Assembly: GCA_903893945.1 (NCBI GenBank)
Contig: CAITOF010000042.1
Coordinates: 80,425 to 144,424, forward strand
Origin: an uncultured Oxalobacteraceae bacterium
GTDB lineage: Bacteria; Pseudomonadota; Gammaproteobacteria; Burkholderiales; Burkholderiaceae_D
Direction of reading: 5' to 3'
Length of the DNA: 64,000 nucleotides
The stretch's first letter is position 1; each line of letters begins with the position of its first letter. Made by a program: the position numbers and the translations under genes. Of the stretch, positions 30,911-42,312 are shown in pieces. The notes beneath the pieces were generated by a model. The model searched no databases and had not been told where the DNA came from. It saw only the letters and a program-made list of their open reading frames with translations.

Positions 30911-31678
30911 TCAGTCAAGTGGTTTCCTGAAACGCAGCACAAACTGGTCAGTCCTGCCGCGAATCGACGGATCAAAAACGTTGTTGTTGTGCGGATCAGC
31001 GGGATTACCCAGTACGGTTGATTCACCATCCAGAACAAATCCGGCGCCGGTCACCTCACTGATCACCACCGTTCTTTCGATCCTGTGCAATTTGGCCATC
31101 GCCGCGTCGTCCTGTCCTGCGGCCGCCGCATGATCCAGTACGATATACAGGCCACCGGGTTTCAGTGTGTCAAAAACAGCCTTGTTCAGCTGTGCCGTCG
31201 CTTTCGCGCCACCCGCAATGTGAACGTCGTGGTAATTCTGCGACGTCCACACCAGGTCGGCTTTCACCGGCACATTTAACGAGGTGTCGCTGGAAACCGT
31301 GTCATGGACATTGGCATGGCCTGGCTCCAGTGAAACCGACGGTGGGCGCGGGCGGTCCCTGAATTTGTCGAGCAGAAATTGGGGCACGACCGAATACACG
31401 GCACCCTGTGCGCCGACCGCATTGCTGAACAGGCGCGTGAAATAGCCCCTGCCCGGTATATAGTCAACGACGGTCTGTCCTGCCCTGATCTGCGCAAAAG
31501 CCAACAGTTCTGCAGGCTTGCGGTCAGCGTCACGCGCAATGTCCTCGGCCGGCCGGCCGGTCACCAGCGTGCTGTCTGCCTCGTTCGCGCACGCGGTACT
31601 CATGATAAACGACGCGGCCAGCACGGCAGCGAGGCTGGCGCATAAACTCTGTATCAAATTATTTGTACGTGGTTTCAT
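30911..31678 (-). CDS. Second exported COG4798-type methyltransferase-like protein
   Basis: Signal peptide; RDADRKPAELLAFAQIRAGQTVVDYIPGRGYFTR, WTSQNYHD, LKPGGLYIVLDH, TDQFVLRFRKP; GGAGA RBS before 31678. Confidence 0.8.
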   Translation of the reverse strand: MKPRTNNLIQSLCASLAAVLAASFIMSTACANEADSTLVTGRPAEDIARDADRKPAELLAFAQIRAGQTVVDYIPGRGYFTRLFSNAVGAQGAVYSVVPQFLLDKFRDRPRPPSVSLEPGHANVHDTVSSDTSLNVPVKADLVWTSQNYHDVHIAGGAKATAQLNKAVFDTLKPGGLYIVLDHAAAAGQDDAAMAKLHRIERTVVISEVTGAGFVLDGESTVLGNPADPHNNNVFDPSIRGRTDQFVLRFRKPLD

Positions 31679-31730
31679 GTCAGGAGTTCTCCAGATCAGG
31701 GTTGTTTCATTCGGCTTCACTGCGCCATGA

Positions 31731-32468
31731 CTAGTTCAGCGTGATAGTCGTTCCGGTCAGCAGGTTCACCATGGTAATCGATACGGGCGTCAGTACGCCG
31801 GCAGCCGACAGTTGGTCGACCTCTGTCACGGTGGCCACCAGCGTGCCGGTGGCGTCATAGGACTGCGTTGTGACGGTCAGCGTGACATCGGACGAATCGG
31901 CACCCGCAGATACCGCATACTGGACCGATTCCGACCCGAGGGATGCCGTTTCCGTGCTGTCGGTGTACAACTGCACGGCCCCCAGTGAACCCGTATTGCC
32001 GACAGCGACGCTGGCCGGTATCACCGGTGGCGCCGTATAGACACCATACACACCGGCTTCCGAGAACCCCAGGGGCACCAGCGTCGTCGAGTCGATAAAG
32101 TCAGTCGAGGTAATCAGGGTGGGCGTCGGTGAACAGTTGGTCCAGTTGATCGTTATGGTTATCGCCCCTGACAGCGCGCTCACACCTTGTGTGGTGAGGG
32201 TATTGAACGTGGTCAGCGACGTCAAGGGCGACTGTACAAATGTCCCGCTGCCGCTGCAACTGCTTGCACCGGATGCGGTTGCATTAAACGACAGGGTGAG
32301 ACCGTTCTGGTCATTGTTGAGCACAGCCTGCCGGTAGTTAAAGGTGCTTGCCGTGGAAGACGATGTGCCGGTCGTGGCAGTGCCGGTGCTGCTGCCGCCA
32401 CTTCCTCCGCCACACGCGCCAAGTACTGCCGCGAGAACGGCAGACACCACCCGATTTAACGTTTTCAT
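31731..32468 (-). CDS. Ser/Thr/Gly-rich lipoprotein of unknown function
   Basis: Lipobox LGA-C followed by GGGSGGSSTGTATTGTSSS linker and a beta-rich body. Confidence 0.7.
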   Translation of the reverse strand: MKTLNRVVSAVLAAVLGACGGGSGGSSTGTATTGTSSSTASTFNYRQAVLNNDQNGLTLSFNATASGASSCSGSGTFVQSPLTSLTTFNTLTTQGVSALSGAITITINWTNCSPTPTLITSTDFIDSTTLVPLGFSEAGVYGVYTAPPVIPASVAVGNTGSLGAVQLYTDSTETASLGSESVQYAVSAGADSSDVTLTVTTQSYDATGTLVATVTEVDQLSAAGVLTPVSITMVNLLTGTTITLN

Positions 32469-32726
32469 AAGATCCTCTTGATGACAGGGAGCCAGATTAA
32501 TTCAGCAGATGCTAATGTAGTCTGAATCGCTCTATTGATCAATGCCCGGAATTCCGCGCACCGGACCGGTTGCCCTGACTGGTCACCGCCGCCGGCGCCC
32601 TGTATCCATTCTTGCCACAGGCTTGTAAAGTTGGCATGAACTGCATACAATCTGTCCAATTCTAACCATTCACCCGATTCGACCCCCTACAAACGCAGGG
32701 GCTATCTCCAGCAGGGAGCTGTTCCA

Positions 32727-33467
32727 GTGTCAATCAGACATGTATTTACCATTTTTTTCGCCCTGGTTTTCTTTGCACCATGCCATGCACAGGAAAACAC
32801 ACTGGTGATTGGTTTTAATAACAAGCCACCACTGTTTTACTGGGAAAATCACGAACCGAAAGGCGTCATAGTCAGCTACGCAAAACAGATACTGGAACGC
32901 TCCGGCGTTGCCTACCAGTTTGAAGAAATACCTTTTCTACGGACCATCGCCTACCTGAAACAGGCCAAGCCGAATTTCGCTGCGCTGGGATACAATAAAA
33001 CACCTGAGCGCGACGAATTTTCCATTTTTTCAAAACCGATTTACCGCGACTCCACGGCGATGCTGGTGGTGCGCGCCGGTGACGCAAACCGCTTCAGGAC
33101 CTACCACAGTTTTGATGCACTCATCGACAGCGGTGAATTCACGTTTGGCGGCAAGGAAGGAAACGCCTATCCCATCGATGAGCAATTGAAACGCCTGGGA
33201 AAAAATGATCGGCGGTTTCAGGTTGAACCCCCCATGCTCGCCCAGTTACTGCTCGCCGACCGGTTTGATTTCATGATTCTGTTCCCCGAGGAGCTCGAAC
33301 CCGCCCTGCAGGAATCAAGGATAAGCCGCGCCTCGATCGAGGTACTCCATTTTACCGACATGCCGCCCGGCCGCTTGCGCTATTTTCTGTTCAGCAAAGC
33401 CACCGATCCGAAAATCATCAACAGGATCAACAAATCCATCCTGGATACGATTCCGGGCGCGCACTGA
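32727..33467 (+). CDS. Orphan periplasmic solute-binding protein (family 3 type)
   Basis: Signal peptide (APCHA-Q), PPLFY, IPFLRTIAYLK, YNKTPERDEF, LLADRFDF. Confidence 0.75.
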   Translation: MSIRHVFTIFFALVFFAPCHAQENTLVIGFNNKPPLFYWENHEPKGVIVSYAKQILERSGVAYQFEEIPFLRTIAYLKQAKPNFAALGYNKTPERDEFSIFSKPIYRDSTAMLVVRAGDANRFRTYHSFDALIDSGEFTFGGKEGNAYPIDEQLKRLGKNDRRFQVEPPMLAQLLLADRFDFMILFPEELEPALQESRISRASIEVLHFTDMPPGRLRYFLFSKATDPKIINRINKSILDTIPGAH

Positions 33468-33505
33468 ACCTGTGCCAGCGCAAGACAGAGTCACCCTTCC
33501 CGCTG

Positions 33506-34297
33506 TCAGGTTCCGGTAAGCCGACGCAGCACCAGCGCTGCGGCCTGAAGCCCGAACGATGCCGTGACCACCATGGCCGAGCCGAATCCGGCGCAGTTCA
33601 ACCCGCTGATACCGTCCGCTTCGCTGGCATCAGGTAGCGTGCCATCGACGCTGCAACCCGGCTCCGGAAATCGCAGCGGTTCCATCGAAAATACCGCATC
33701 AATGCCGAATTTATTTTTAACGCCGCGCGGAAATCCATAATTCTGCCGCAGCCGTTTTCTGACCAACGAAAGCAACGGCTCCTGTTCGGTGCGACACAAG
33801 TCACGGATCAGAATCTTGCCGGGATCAATCTGTCCTCCTGCACCCCCTATGGTCACCACCGGAATGGACTCGGCACGACAGAATGCCAGCAGGGCGGTTT
33901 TTGCCCTGACACTGTCAATCGCATCCACCACATAATCAAATCCGGGCAGCTTGATCAGTTCCGTCAGATTATCCGGTGTAATGAAATCTTCCACCTGAAT
34001 GACTTCACAGCGCGGATTTATTTGCGCAATCCGCCCGGCAAGCGCAGCGACTTTTGCCTGCCCCATTGAATCCGTCAGCGCCTGGATCTGGCGATTGATA
34101 TTGGATTCAGCCACATTATCCAGATCAATCAGCGTCAGTTTGCCGACAGCACTGCGCGCCAGTGCCTCAACCACCCAGGAGCCAACACCACCGACGCCCA
34201 CCACACAGACGTGTGCAGCCTGCAATCTGGCCAGCCCCTGACTGCCGTACAGTCGGGCAATACCACCAAATCGACGCTCAAAATCCAGTTGTTCCAT
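33506..34297 (-). CDS. tcdA: tRNA threonylcarbamoyladenosine dehydratase (ThiF family)
   Basis: RRFGGIARLYG, VVGVGGVGSWVVEALARSAVG, SNINRQI, GFGSAMVVTASFG. Confidence 0.9.
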   Translation of the reverse strand: MEQLDFERRFGGIARLYGSQGLARLQAAHVCVVGVGGVGSWVVEALARSAVGKLTLIDLDNVAESNINRQIQALTDSMGQAKVAALAGRIAQINPRCEVIQVEDFITPDNLTELIKLPGFDYVVDAIDSVRAKTALLAFCRAESIPVVTIGGAGGQIDPGKILIRDLCRTEQEPLLSLVRKRLRQNYGFPRGVKNKFGIDAVFSMEPLRFPEPGCSVDGTLPDASEADGISGLNCAGFGSAMVVTASFGLQAAALVLRRLTGT

Positions 34298-34444
34298 ATG
34301 CAATACTTTAGAATAGAGGTAATCCAGGGCAAATTAACAGAAAAAAATCAACGATATGCGCAACTATTGAGAAACAGCAAAATAGCTTTTACGGTATGCG
34401 CTATTTTAATCGTAAAATGTTGATAGCCTATAAAAGGAAGCAAA

Positions 34445-35080
34445 ATGAGCCTCGCCCACATCCGCACCGAATACCAACGCGCCAGTCTGTCAGAAAACGA
34501 CGTCAACGACGACCCTATTTTGCAGTTTACCCGCTGGTTTGACGAGGCCGTCAATGCCCGGTCACACGAAGTCAATGCCATGAGTCTGGCGACCGCGAAC
34601 CTGCAAGGCAGGCCATCGTCACGTATCGTGCTGCTCAAAGACATGGATCAGCGCGGTTTCACCTGGTTCACACACTATTCCAGCCGCAAGGGCGACGAAC
34701 TGGCCAGCAATCCATTTGGTGCGTTATTATTTTTCTGGTCGGAACTGGAGCGTCAGGTACGCATCGAAGGTCGGGTTGAAAAAATCAGTGACGCTGAAAA
34801 TGATACCTACTTCCAGAGCAGACCACTGGGCAGTCGGCATGGCGCCCTGGCCTCATCACAAAGCCAGCCGATTGCCAGCCGTGATTTGCTGGAAGCGCGT
34901 TACAACGACGTTGTCGCCGAGCACGGTGACAACGTGCTTCGACCTGCGCATTGGGGTGGGTATCGCCTGGTTCCCGACTACTTTGAGTTCTGGCAGGGCA
35001 GGCCGTCGCGCCTGCATGACCGGATTGCCTTTACCCGCGACGCCGGCGGACTGTGGGTAAAAAATCGCCTGCAGCCGTAA
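34445..35080 (+). CDS. pdxH: Pyridoxamine 5'-phosphate oxidase
   Basis: [38 protein letters not shown]. Confidence 0.97.
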   Translation: MSLAHIRTEYQRASLSENDVNDDPILQFTRWFDEAVNARSHEVNAMSLATANLQGRPSSRIVLLKDMDQRGFTWFTHYSSRKGDELASNPFGALLFFWSELERQVRIEGRVEKISDAENDTYFQSRPLGSRHGALASSQSQPIASRDLLEARYNDVVAEHGDNVLRPAHWGGYRLVPDYFEFWQGRPSRLHDRIAFTRDAGGLWVKNRLQP

Positions 35081-35225
35081 CGTGTTTTTTTGGCAAGCCC
35101 ATGAGCGCCACTGACGAACTTCGTGACGATAAATGCCACCAATAATGATCTGCCTGCAATTTATAAGCATATCGGTGTGTTAAACCCGCTAAAATACCCC
35201 TACTTCAACATCCGAAAGTGTACTG

Positions 35226-35804
35226 ATGATAGGTCGTATTGCCGGTGTATTACTGGAAAAAAATCCCCCGCAGATTTTGGTGGATTGTAACGGCGTCGGG
35301 TATGAGATCGACGTGCCCATGAGCACGTTTTACAACCTGCCGGCACTCGGCGAAAAAGTGGTGCTGCATACCCACTTAACGGTTCGCGAAGATGCTCATA
35401 TCCTGTTCGGCTTCAGCCAGCTGGACGAACGCGCCACCTTCAGGCAGTTGATTAAAATCAGCGGGATTGGCGCCCGCACAGCCCTGTCGATACTGTCCGG
35501 CATGTCGGTCGCCGATCTTGCACAGGCCATTACGCTGCAAGAGGCCGGACGACTGATCAAAGTACCCGGTATCGGCAAAAAAACCGCCGAACGGTTGCTG
35601 CTGGAACTGAAAGGCAAGCTGGGCGCGGACCTGTCCCCCGTCACGGGCAGCACAGCCACACCGGATGCGTCCAGCGATATCCTGAACGCCCTGATTGCAC
35701 TGGGCTATTCCGATAAGGAATCCCTGATGGCGCTGAAATTGCTTCCCAAAGATTGCGGTGTGTCGGACGGCATCAAATTGGCCCTCAAATCGCTCTCCAA
35801 GTAA
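35226..35804 (+). CDS. ruvA: Holliday junction branch migration protein RuvA
   Basis: [43 protein letters not shown]. Confidence 0.98.
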   Translation: MIGRIAGVLLEKNPPQILVDCNGVGYEIDVPMSTFYNLPALGEKVVLHTHLTVREDAHILFGFSQLDERATFRQLIKISGIGARTALSILSGMSVADLAQAITLQEAGRLIKVPGIGKKTAERLLLELKGKLGADLSPVTGSTATPDASSDILNALIALGYSDKESLMALKLLPKDCGVSDGIKLALKSLSK

Positions 35805-35821
35805 ATAACCACTGAAAAATC

Positions 35822-36892
35822 ATGAGCATACAGACCGATCAGTTTTCCAATCCGAATCCCCGTATCATCACGGCCGATCCGGTGTCAAAACAGGAAGAAG
35901 TGATTGAACGCGCACTTCGTCCAAAGCAGCTCGACGAATACGTGGGTCAGGAAAAAATTCGCGCTCAGCTGGAAATATTCATTGCCGCCGCCCGTAATCG
36001 CAACGAGGCCCTGGATCACACCCTGCTGTTTGGCCCGCCAGGATTGGGAAAGACGACCCTCGCACATATCATTGCACGGGAGATGGGTGTGAATCTGCGC
36101 CAGACCTCGGGGCCTGTGCTGGAACGCCCGGGCGATCTCGCCGCCATCCTCACCAACCTCGAGGCCAATGATGTCCTGTTTATCGATGAAATTCACCGAT
36201 TGTCACCGGTTGTTGAAGAAATTCTATATCCGGCGCTGGAAGATTATCAGATTGACATCATGATAGGCGAAGGGCCGGCCGCCCGGTCGGTCAAGCTGGA
36301 TCTGCAGCCCTTTACCTTGGTCGGTGCCACCACGCGCGCCGGCATGCTGACCAATCCGCTGCGTGACCGGTTCGGCATTGTTGCTCGTCTGGAATTTTAT
36401 ACCGCCGATGAACTGACCAAAATAGTCACACGCTCTGCGTCGCTGCTCAATGCGCCCATCGATGCGCACGGCGCCCATGAAATCGCCAAACGTGCGCGCG
36501 GCACACCCCGGATTGCCAATCGGTTGTTGCGACGGGTGCGTGATTATGCCGAAGTCAAGCACGATGGCAATATCGGACAAACGGTTGCCGATGCTGCTCT
36601 GAAAATGCTGGATGTCGACAAACTCGGCTTTGATTTGATGGACCGAAAACTGCTGGAAGCCGTGCTGTACAAATTTGGCGGTGGCCCGGTGGGTGTCGAT
36701 AATCTGGCCGCAGCCATCGGTGAGGAGCGCGACACGATCGAAGATGTGCTGGAGCCGTTCCTGATCCAGCAGGGTTTTCTGCAGCGCACACCACGAGGCC
36801 GGATCGCCACGCCGAGCGCCTACCACCATTTCGGACTGGCGCCACCCTCCTCCGGGCTGATGAATGATTTATGGTCCAATCCTGCCGGCTGA
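35822..36892 (+). CDS. ruvB: Holliday junction DNA helicase RuvB
   Basis: [55 protein letters not shown]. Confidence 0.98.
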   Translation: MSIQTDQFSNPNPRIITADPVSKQEEVIERALRPKQLDEYVGQEKIRAQLEIFIAAARNRNEALDHTLLFGPPGLGKTTLAHIIAREMGVNLRQTSGPVLERPGDLAAILTNLEANDVLFIDEIHRLSPVVEEILYPALEDYQIDIMIGEGPAARSVKLDLQPFTLVGATTRAGMLTNPLRDRFGIVARLEFYTADELTKIVTRSASLLNAPIDAHGAHEIAKRARGTPRIANRLLRRVRDYAEVKHDGNIGQTVADAALKMLDVDKLGFDLMDRKLLEAVLYKFGGGPVGVDNLAAAIGEERDTIEDVLEPFLIQQGFLQRTPRGRIATPSAYHHFGLAPPSSGLMNDLWSNPAG

Positions 36893-36966
36893 GACCGTAT
36901 CGCCGCCCAGCGGCTGTCACTGTTTTTTCACTGGCCGCCTGCTAACCGCTGCAACCTCCTGCGCGG

Positions 36967-36984
36967 TATAACCAAATGGTTATA
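36967..36984. promoter_or_regulatory. Palindromic operator candidate upstream of cysK
   Basis: TATAACCA-AA-TGGTTATA, about 130 bp before the cysK start; position fits a CysB/Cbl-type site. Confidence 0.5.
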
Positions 36985-37112
36985 AGAACATAGATTAAAA
37001 TTCGTTGGTAAACCTGGCACAGGCAGGTATGCTGGCGGGTAAGCAGTGCCGGATCCACACGCTACAGGAACTTGTTCAGCGATCCCGTTCCATTCACTTC
37101 CAGGGAGCTACC

Positions 37113-38090
<978 letters not shown>

Positions 38091-38172
38091 CCTGTACCGT
38101 ACACTGTATTAACCAATTCCGCGCACAAAAACCGCAGGCGAACTACAATATGGCATTCTTCACTTCAGGAGT

Positions 38173-38640
38173 ATGCACATGCCTGCCCCAAATGACGCTC
38201 TTGCTGCCCATCTGGCTTTGACAAAAGCCATCGTTGATCAGGCGCCGGACGCGATAATCTTTGTCGATCCCGATGGAATCATCCGCATCTGGAACGATGG
38301 CGCGGAACGAATTTTTGGTCATGATGCAGCCGATGTCGTCGGTGGAACGCTGGACGTGATCATCCCGGAACGGCTGGTGCGCGCCCATAACGACGGCTTC
38401 GGTCATGCGATGACGACCGGTCAGATGAAGTATGTTAACAAAGTCCTGACAACCCGATCCATGCACAAGGACGGCAGCAAGCTTTACGTCGACCTGAGTT
38501 TTGGCATGGTGCACGATCCGGACGGTCACATACTCGGTGCACTGGCCATCGCCCGTGATACCACCGAACGCTATACCCACGATGCAGCACAACGTGCGCG
38601 CATCGCCGAACTTGAAAAAGCGGCCCAGAATCCGGGTTGA
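38173..38640 (+). CDS. Stand-alone PAS-domain protein
   Basis: DAIIFVDPDGIIRIWNDGAERIFG, HKDG, GALAIARD; no output domain. Confidence 0.85.
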   Translation: MHMPAPNDALAAHLALTKAIVDQAPDAIIFVDPDGIIRIWNDGAERIFGHDAADVVGGTLDVIIPERLVRAHNDGFGHAMTTGQMKYVNKVLTTRSMHKDGSKLYVDLSFGMVHDPDGHILGALAIARDTTERYTHDAAQRARIAELEKAAQNPG

Positions 38641-38659
38641 CAGGGTGACCGTGCAACGC

Positions 38660-39622
38660 CTATCCGGACAGTGTCCTGACTTTCGACCGGTTTGACACGG
38701 GCGGCTTCGCGCCCACAACCTGCTCAATCAGCCCAGGCCCATCACGCAGCAGAAATTTCTTGAAGGCCTCAGCGACCGGCGGCAGCCGTTTGCTGTTGCG
38801 ATGGACTACATACCAGTTCAGCATCAACGGAAAATTCACCACATCGAGAACGACCAGACTCTTTGCCTTTAATTCCAGTCCGATGGTATGCGCTGACAGA
38901 AAGCTGACCCCCATGCCGGCAATGACTGCCTGTTTGATCGTTTCGGTACTTTTAATTTCCATCGCGATTTTTAGCTGGGCAAAATGGTTGCCCAACCCTT
39001 CCTCCATGGAATGCCAGGTGTCCGAGCCTTTTTCCCGCACAACAAACTGCTCGCACATCAGAACATCCATCGGAATACGGCGCACTTTGGCCAGAGGGTG
39101 ATCCGGGGCAGCAACGATCACATAGGGATGCGGTGCAAAGGCCAGATTGACCGTATCCAGATCAACCGGTGGTCGAACCATAATCGCCAGGTCAGTCAGG
39201 TTCTTTGCGAGCTGGTTCAATAACTCTTCCCGGTTATGCACGGTGAAATTGAGCGACACCCCGGAATGGCCACGCGCAAACTCCACCAGCAGGCGCGGAA
39301 AAAAATAATCGCCGGCGCTGATTACCGCCACATTCAGCTTGCCGCCCGAGATCCCCTTGAAAAGGGACATCGCCTGTTCGGCCGACTGGAACTGCTGGAT
39401 AATCACCCGGCTGTAACTCAACAGCTCCACCCCGGCAGGTGTCAGGTAGATCTTTTTTCCCAACTGCTCGAATAACGCCAACCCGACCCGGTCTTCCAGC
39501 TTCCTGACCTGAGTCGACACGGCCGGCTGGGTCAGATGCAATTCCTCGGATGCACGTGAAAAACTGGCCAGTCGCGCGACGGCTTCAAAAACCTTTAACT
39601 GTCGCAGCGTGGCATTTTTCAT
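38660..39622 (-). CDS. LysR-family regulator, CbbR/CmpR-like
   Basis: TLRQLKVFEAVAR..SFSRASEELHLTQPAVSTQVRKLE, VVREKGSDT, ETIKQAVIAGMGVSFLS, WYVVHRNSKRLPPVAEAF. Confidence 0.9.
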   Translation of the reverse strand: MKNATLRQLKVFEAVARLASFSRASEELHLTQPAVSTQVRKLEDRVGLALFEQLGKKIYLTPAGVELLSYSRVIIQQFQSAEQAMSLFKGISGGKLNVAVISAGDYFFPRLLVEFARGHSGVSLNFTVHNREELLNQLAKNLTDLAIMVRPPVDLDTVNLAFAPHPYVIVAAPDHPLAKVRRIPMDVLMCEQFVVREKGSDTWHSMEEGLGNHFAQLKIAMEIKSTETIKQAVIAGMGVSFLSAHTIGLELKAKSLVVLDVVNFPLMLNWYVVHRNSKRLPPVAEAFKKFLLRDGPGLIEQVVGAKPPVSNRSKVRTLSG

Positions 39623-39630
39623 CAGGTCGG

Positions 39631-40575
39631 TCAGGCACCCATCAGTGACCGGATGTGGGCCGCGGTACCACTTGCCAGACCCTCCATGCTGTAGCCGCCT
39701 TCAAGAACCGAAACCATGCGTCCATTGCAGCAGGCGTCTGCAACCTTGACCAGCTCGTCGGTTATCCAGTGAAAATCATCATCATCAAAATTCAGTCCGG
39801 CCAGCGGATCCAGACGGTGCGCATCAAAGCCGGCTGATATGATGATGAGGCCGGGATTGAAACTGCGCAGCGCGGGCAGCATTTCCGTTTCGACCCGGGA
39901 CCGGAACAAGGCCGAATCGCAGCCGCGCGGCAATGGCAGATTGACGATGTTGTCACTCACCCCGGTCTCTGACTGGGCACCGGTACCCGGATAAAACGGT
40001 GCCTGATGACTGGACGCATAAAACAGTTCTGGCCGGTTGTAAAATGCACTCTGCGTGCCATTGCCATGGTGAACATCAAAATCGACCACCGCCACCCGTT
40101 GCAGCTGATAGCGCTCGCTCGCATACGCCGCGGCAATGGCAGCCTGGTTAAAAATGCAGAAACCCATGGCCCTGCCGGGTTCGGCATGATGGCCGCACGG
40201 CCTTGTCGCACAAAACACTTTACTGATGCCGCTGTCCTGGCCATTCCCCATCACCACATCAACACCGGCACAGGCCGCGCCGACACAGCGCATCACGGCT
40301 TCCCAGGACCCGGGCGACATCACCGTGTCGCCGCCATCGAGTGGCACATAGCCCTGTTTGGGTGCGAGCTGCGCGATGTCATCGTAAAAGTCCGGGTCAT
40401 GGATCAGCTCGACCTGCTCGCGCGTACCAATAGGCGCTTCACGCCACTGCAGGTCGGCAAACTCCGGCGTTCTCAGCGCATTCCATACCGCCAGTAACCG
40501 TTCAGGTGACTCGGGATGGTTGGGCCCGGGCCGGTGCTCCAGGCAGGCTGCGTGTGTATAAACCAGAACCGTCAT
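39631..40575 (-). CDS. Histone deacetylase family Zn-dependent amidohydrolase
   Basis: HPESPERL, DGGDT, RPCGHHAE, GFCIFN, DFDVHHGNGTQ, ISAGFDAH, LEGGY. Confidence 0.93.
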   Translation of the reverse strand: MTVLVYTHAACLEHRPGPNHPESPERLLAVWNALRTPEFADLQWREAPIGTREQVELIHDPDFYDDIAQLAPKQGYVPLDGGDTVMSPGSWEAVMRCVGAACAGVDVVMGNGQDSGISKVFCATRPCGHHAEPGRAMGFCIFNQAAIAAAYASERYQLQRVAVVDFDVHHGNGTQSAFYNRPELFYASSHQAPFYPGTGAQSETGVSDNIVNLPLPRGCDSALFRSRVETEMLPALRSFNPGLIIISAGFDAHRLDPLAGLNFDDDDFHWITDELVKVADACCNGRMVSVLEGGYSMEGLASGTAAHIRSLMGA

Positions 40576-40656
40576 AGTGTCTTCCCCGTGTCCCGTGTTA
40601 TCAGGTTCAGTACGTTGTCTGTGGTGCGTCACCGCATCCGGTGCGCGCGCCAGACC

Positions 40657-41904
40657 CTAAATGATGCCGTCTGCGCGCAGCTCGTCAATCTCTTCCCTGC
40701 TGTAGCCAAGCTGCATCATCACCTCGTCGGTGTGCTCACCCAGCAGCGGAGAGCGCGTCACTTCGGTTTTACTGTCAGACATTTTGATCGGGTTGCCGAC
40801 CGTCAGATATTTGCCGCGCACCGGGTGGTCGATTTCAACGATCGTGCCGGTTTCACGCAGCGACGGCTCCTCGGCAATTTCCTTCATCGACAGAATCGGG
40901 CCGCACGGAATATCATACTGGTTCAGAATCTCCATCACCTCAAATTTGTCCTTGGTCTTGGTCCATTGTTCGATGCGCGCGAAAATCGGCTTGAGGTGCA
41001 GCAGACGCGCTCCGGGCGTTGCGTAAGCAGCGTCGTCGATCCAGCTCTCTTCGCCAATCACCTTGCAGACCGCCGGCCAGACCGCGGCCTGTGTGATGAA
41101 ATAAATATAGGCGTTCGGGTCGGTTTCCCAGCCTTTGCATTTTAAAATCGAACCGGGCTGACCACCACCGGATGCATTGCCGGCACGCGGTACAGCATTG
41201 CCAAAATGTTCGTCCGGATACTGGGGATATTCCTTCATCACGCCGGTGCGCTCCAGACGTTGCTGGTCACGCAGCTTGACCCGGCACAGATTGAGGACAC
41301 TGTCCTGCATGGCGGCCAGGACCTTCTGTCCACGTCCGGTGCTGTTGCGCTGGTAAAGTGCGGCAACGATGCCGAGCGCCAGATGCAAGCCGGTACCACT
41401 GTCGCCAATCTGCGCGCCGGTGACCATGGGCGGACCATCAGGGAAGCCGGTCGTAGACGCAGATCCGCCCGCACATTGCGCGACATTTTCATACACCTTG
41501 CATAGCTCATACGGGCCCGGACCAAAACCTTTCACCGAGGCGACAATCATGCGTGGATTGAGTTCCTGTATCCGTTCCCAGGTGAAACCCATCCGGTCCA
41601 GCGCGCCAGGGGCAAAGTTTTCCACCATGACGTCACACGTCTTGATCAGCTTTTCCAGTACCGCCTTGCCTTTCGGCTTCTTGGTGTCCAGCGTGACAGA
41701 ACGCTTGTTATGATTAAGCATCGTGAAATACAGGCTGTCTGCATGCGGAATGTCACGCAATTGCGCCCGCGTGGCATCGCCATCCCCTGATTTTTCAACC
41801 TTAATCACATCCGCCCCGAACCACGCAAGCAACTGAGTACAGGTCGGCCCTGACTGGACATGCGTAAAATCCAGAATGCGAACGCCATCTAATGCCTTGC
41901 TCAT
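40657..41904 (-). CDS. frc: Formyl-CoA transferase (copy 1, class III CoA-transferase)
   Basis: [26 protein letters not shown], catalytic Asp in [15 protein letters not shown] loop. Confidence 0.92.
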   Translation of the reverse strand: MSKALDGVRILDFTHVQSGPTCTQLLAWFGADVIKVEKSGDGDATRAQLRDIPHADSLYFTMLNHNKRSVTLDTKKPKGKAVLEKLIKTCDVMVENFAPGALDRMGFTWERIQELNPRMIVASVKGFGPGPYELCKVYENVAQCAGGSASTTGFPDGPPMVTGAQIGDSGTGLHLALGIVAALYQRNSTGRGQKVLAAMQDSVLNLCRVKLRDQQRLERTGVMKEYPQYPDEHFGNAVPRAGNASGGGQPGSILKCKGWETDPNAYIYFITQAAVWPAVCKVIGEESWIDDAAYATPGARLLHLKPIFARIEQWTKTKDKFEVMEILNQYDIPCGPILSMKEIAEEPSLRETGTIVEIDHPVRGKYLTVGNPIKMSDSKTEVTRSPLLGEHTDEVMMQLGYSREEIDELRADGII

Positions 41905-42067
41905 GCACTTCTCCTGAGAATGAATTCACTGTGTTGTATCTGTATTGCCGTACAGTTTATATCATGATGGCGCGCAGTGACACGCCTTGACCGTTCCAGC
42001 CTGAACGACCGATAGCGCCAGCCGCACGCCGTTTGCTTACATCATAGGGTGGGCCACGACCGCTGCG

Positions 42068-42093
42068 CATTGACCATGGATAATTTTCATTGC
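42068..42093. promoter_or_regulatory. Oxalate-cluster shared motif, site 1 (upstream of frc copy 1)
   Basis: CATTGACCATGGATAATTTTCATTGC; 23/26 identical to 48358-48383. Confidence 0.65.
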
Positions 42094-42212
42094 CGCGTCA
42101 CCAATTTGTTGCCCCGCACCAAACCGCTATCAACCACACCGGATAGCAGAGCAAACAGTCATCCTTGGCCACCGCGCTGGCAGGCACAGGTTCTGTTGTT
42201 TTTTGTAAAAAA

Positions 42213-42226
42213 TTAACCTAGGTTAA
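42213..42226. promoter_or_regulatory. Oxalate-cluster shared motif, site 2 (upstream of porin)
   Basis: Perfect palindrome TTAACCTAGGTTAA. Confidence 0.6.
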
Positions 42227-42312
42227 CGCAGTTTGACCACTGATCTGAGCATGATGCACCGTGGTCACTAGATTCACCATGATTAAAATTAAAACCAAGC
42301 CAGGAGACACAA

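Noticed and set aside
35080-35226. No ruvC or SOS box upstream of ruvA
   Set aside because: No CTGT-N8-ACAG found; ruvC can lie elsewhere, so its absence here is not informative.
38660-39622. Calvin-cycle (cbb) operon implied by the CbbR-like LysR and CbbY-like gene
   Set aside because: No RuBisCO, phosphoribulokinase or other cbb gene is in the window; the context is oxalate catabolism.
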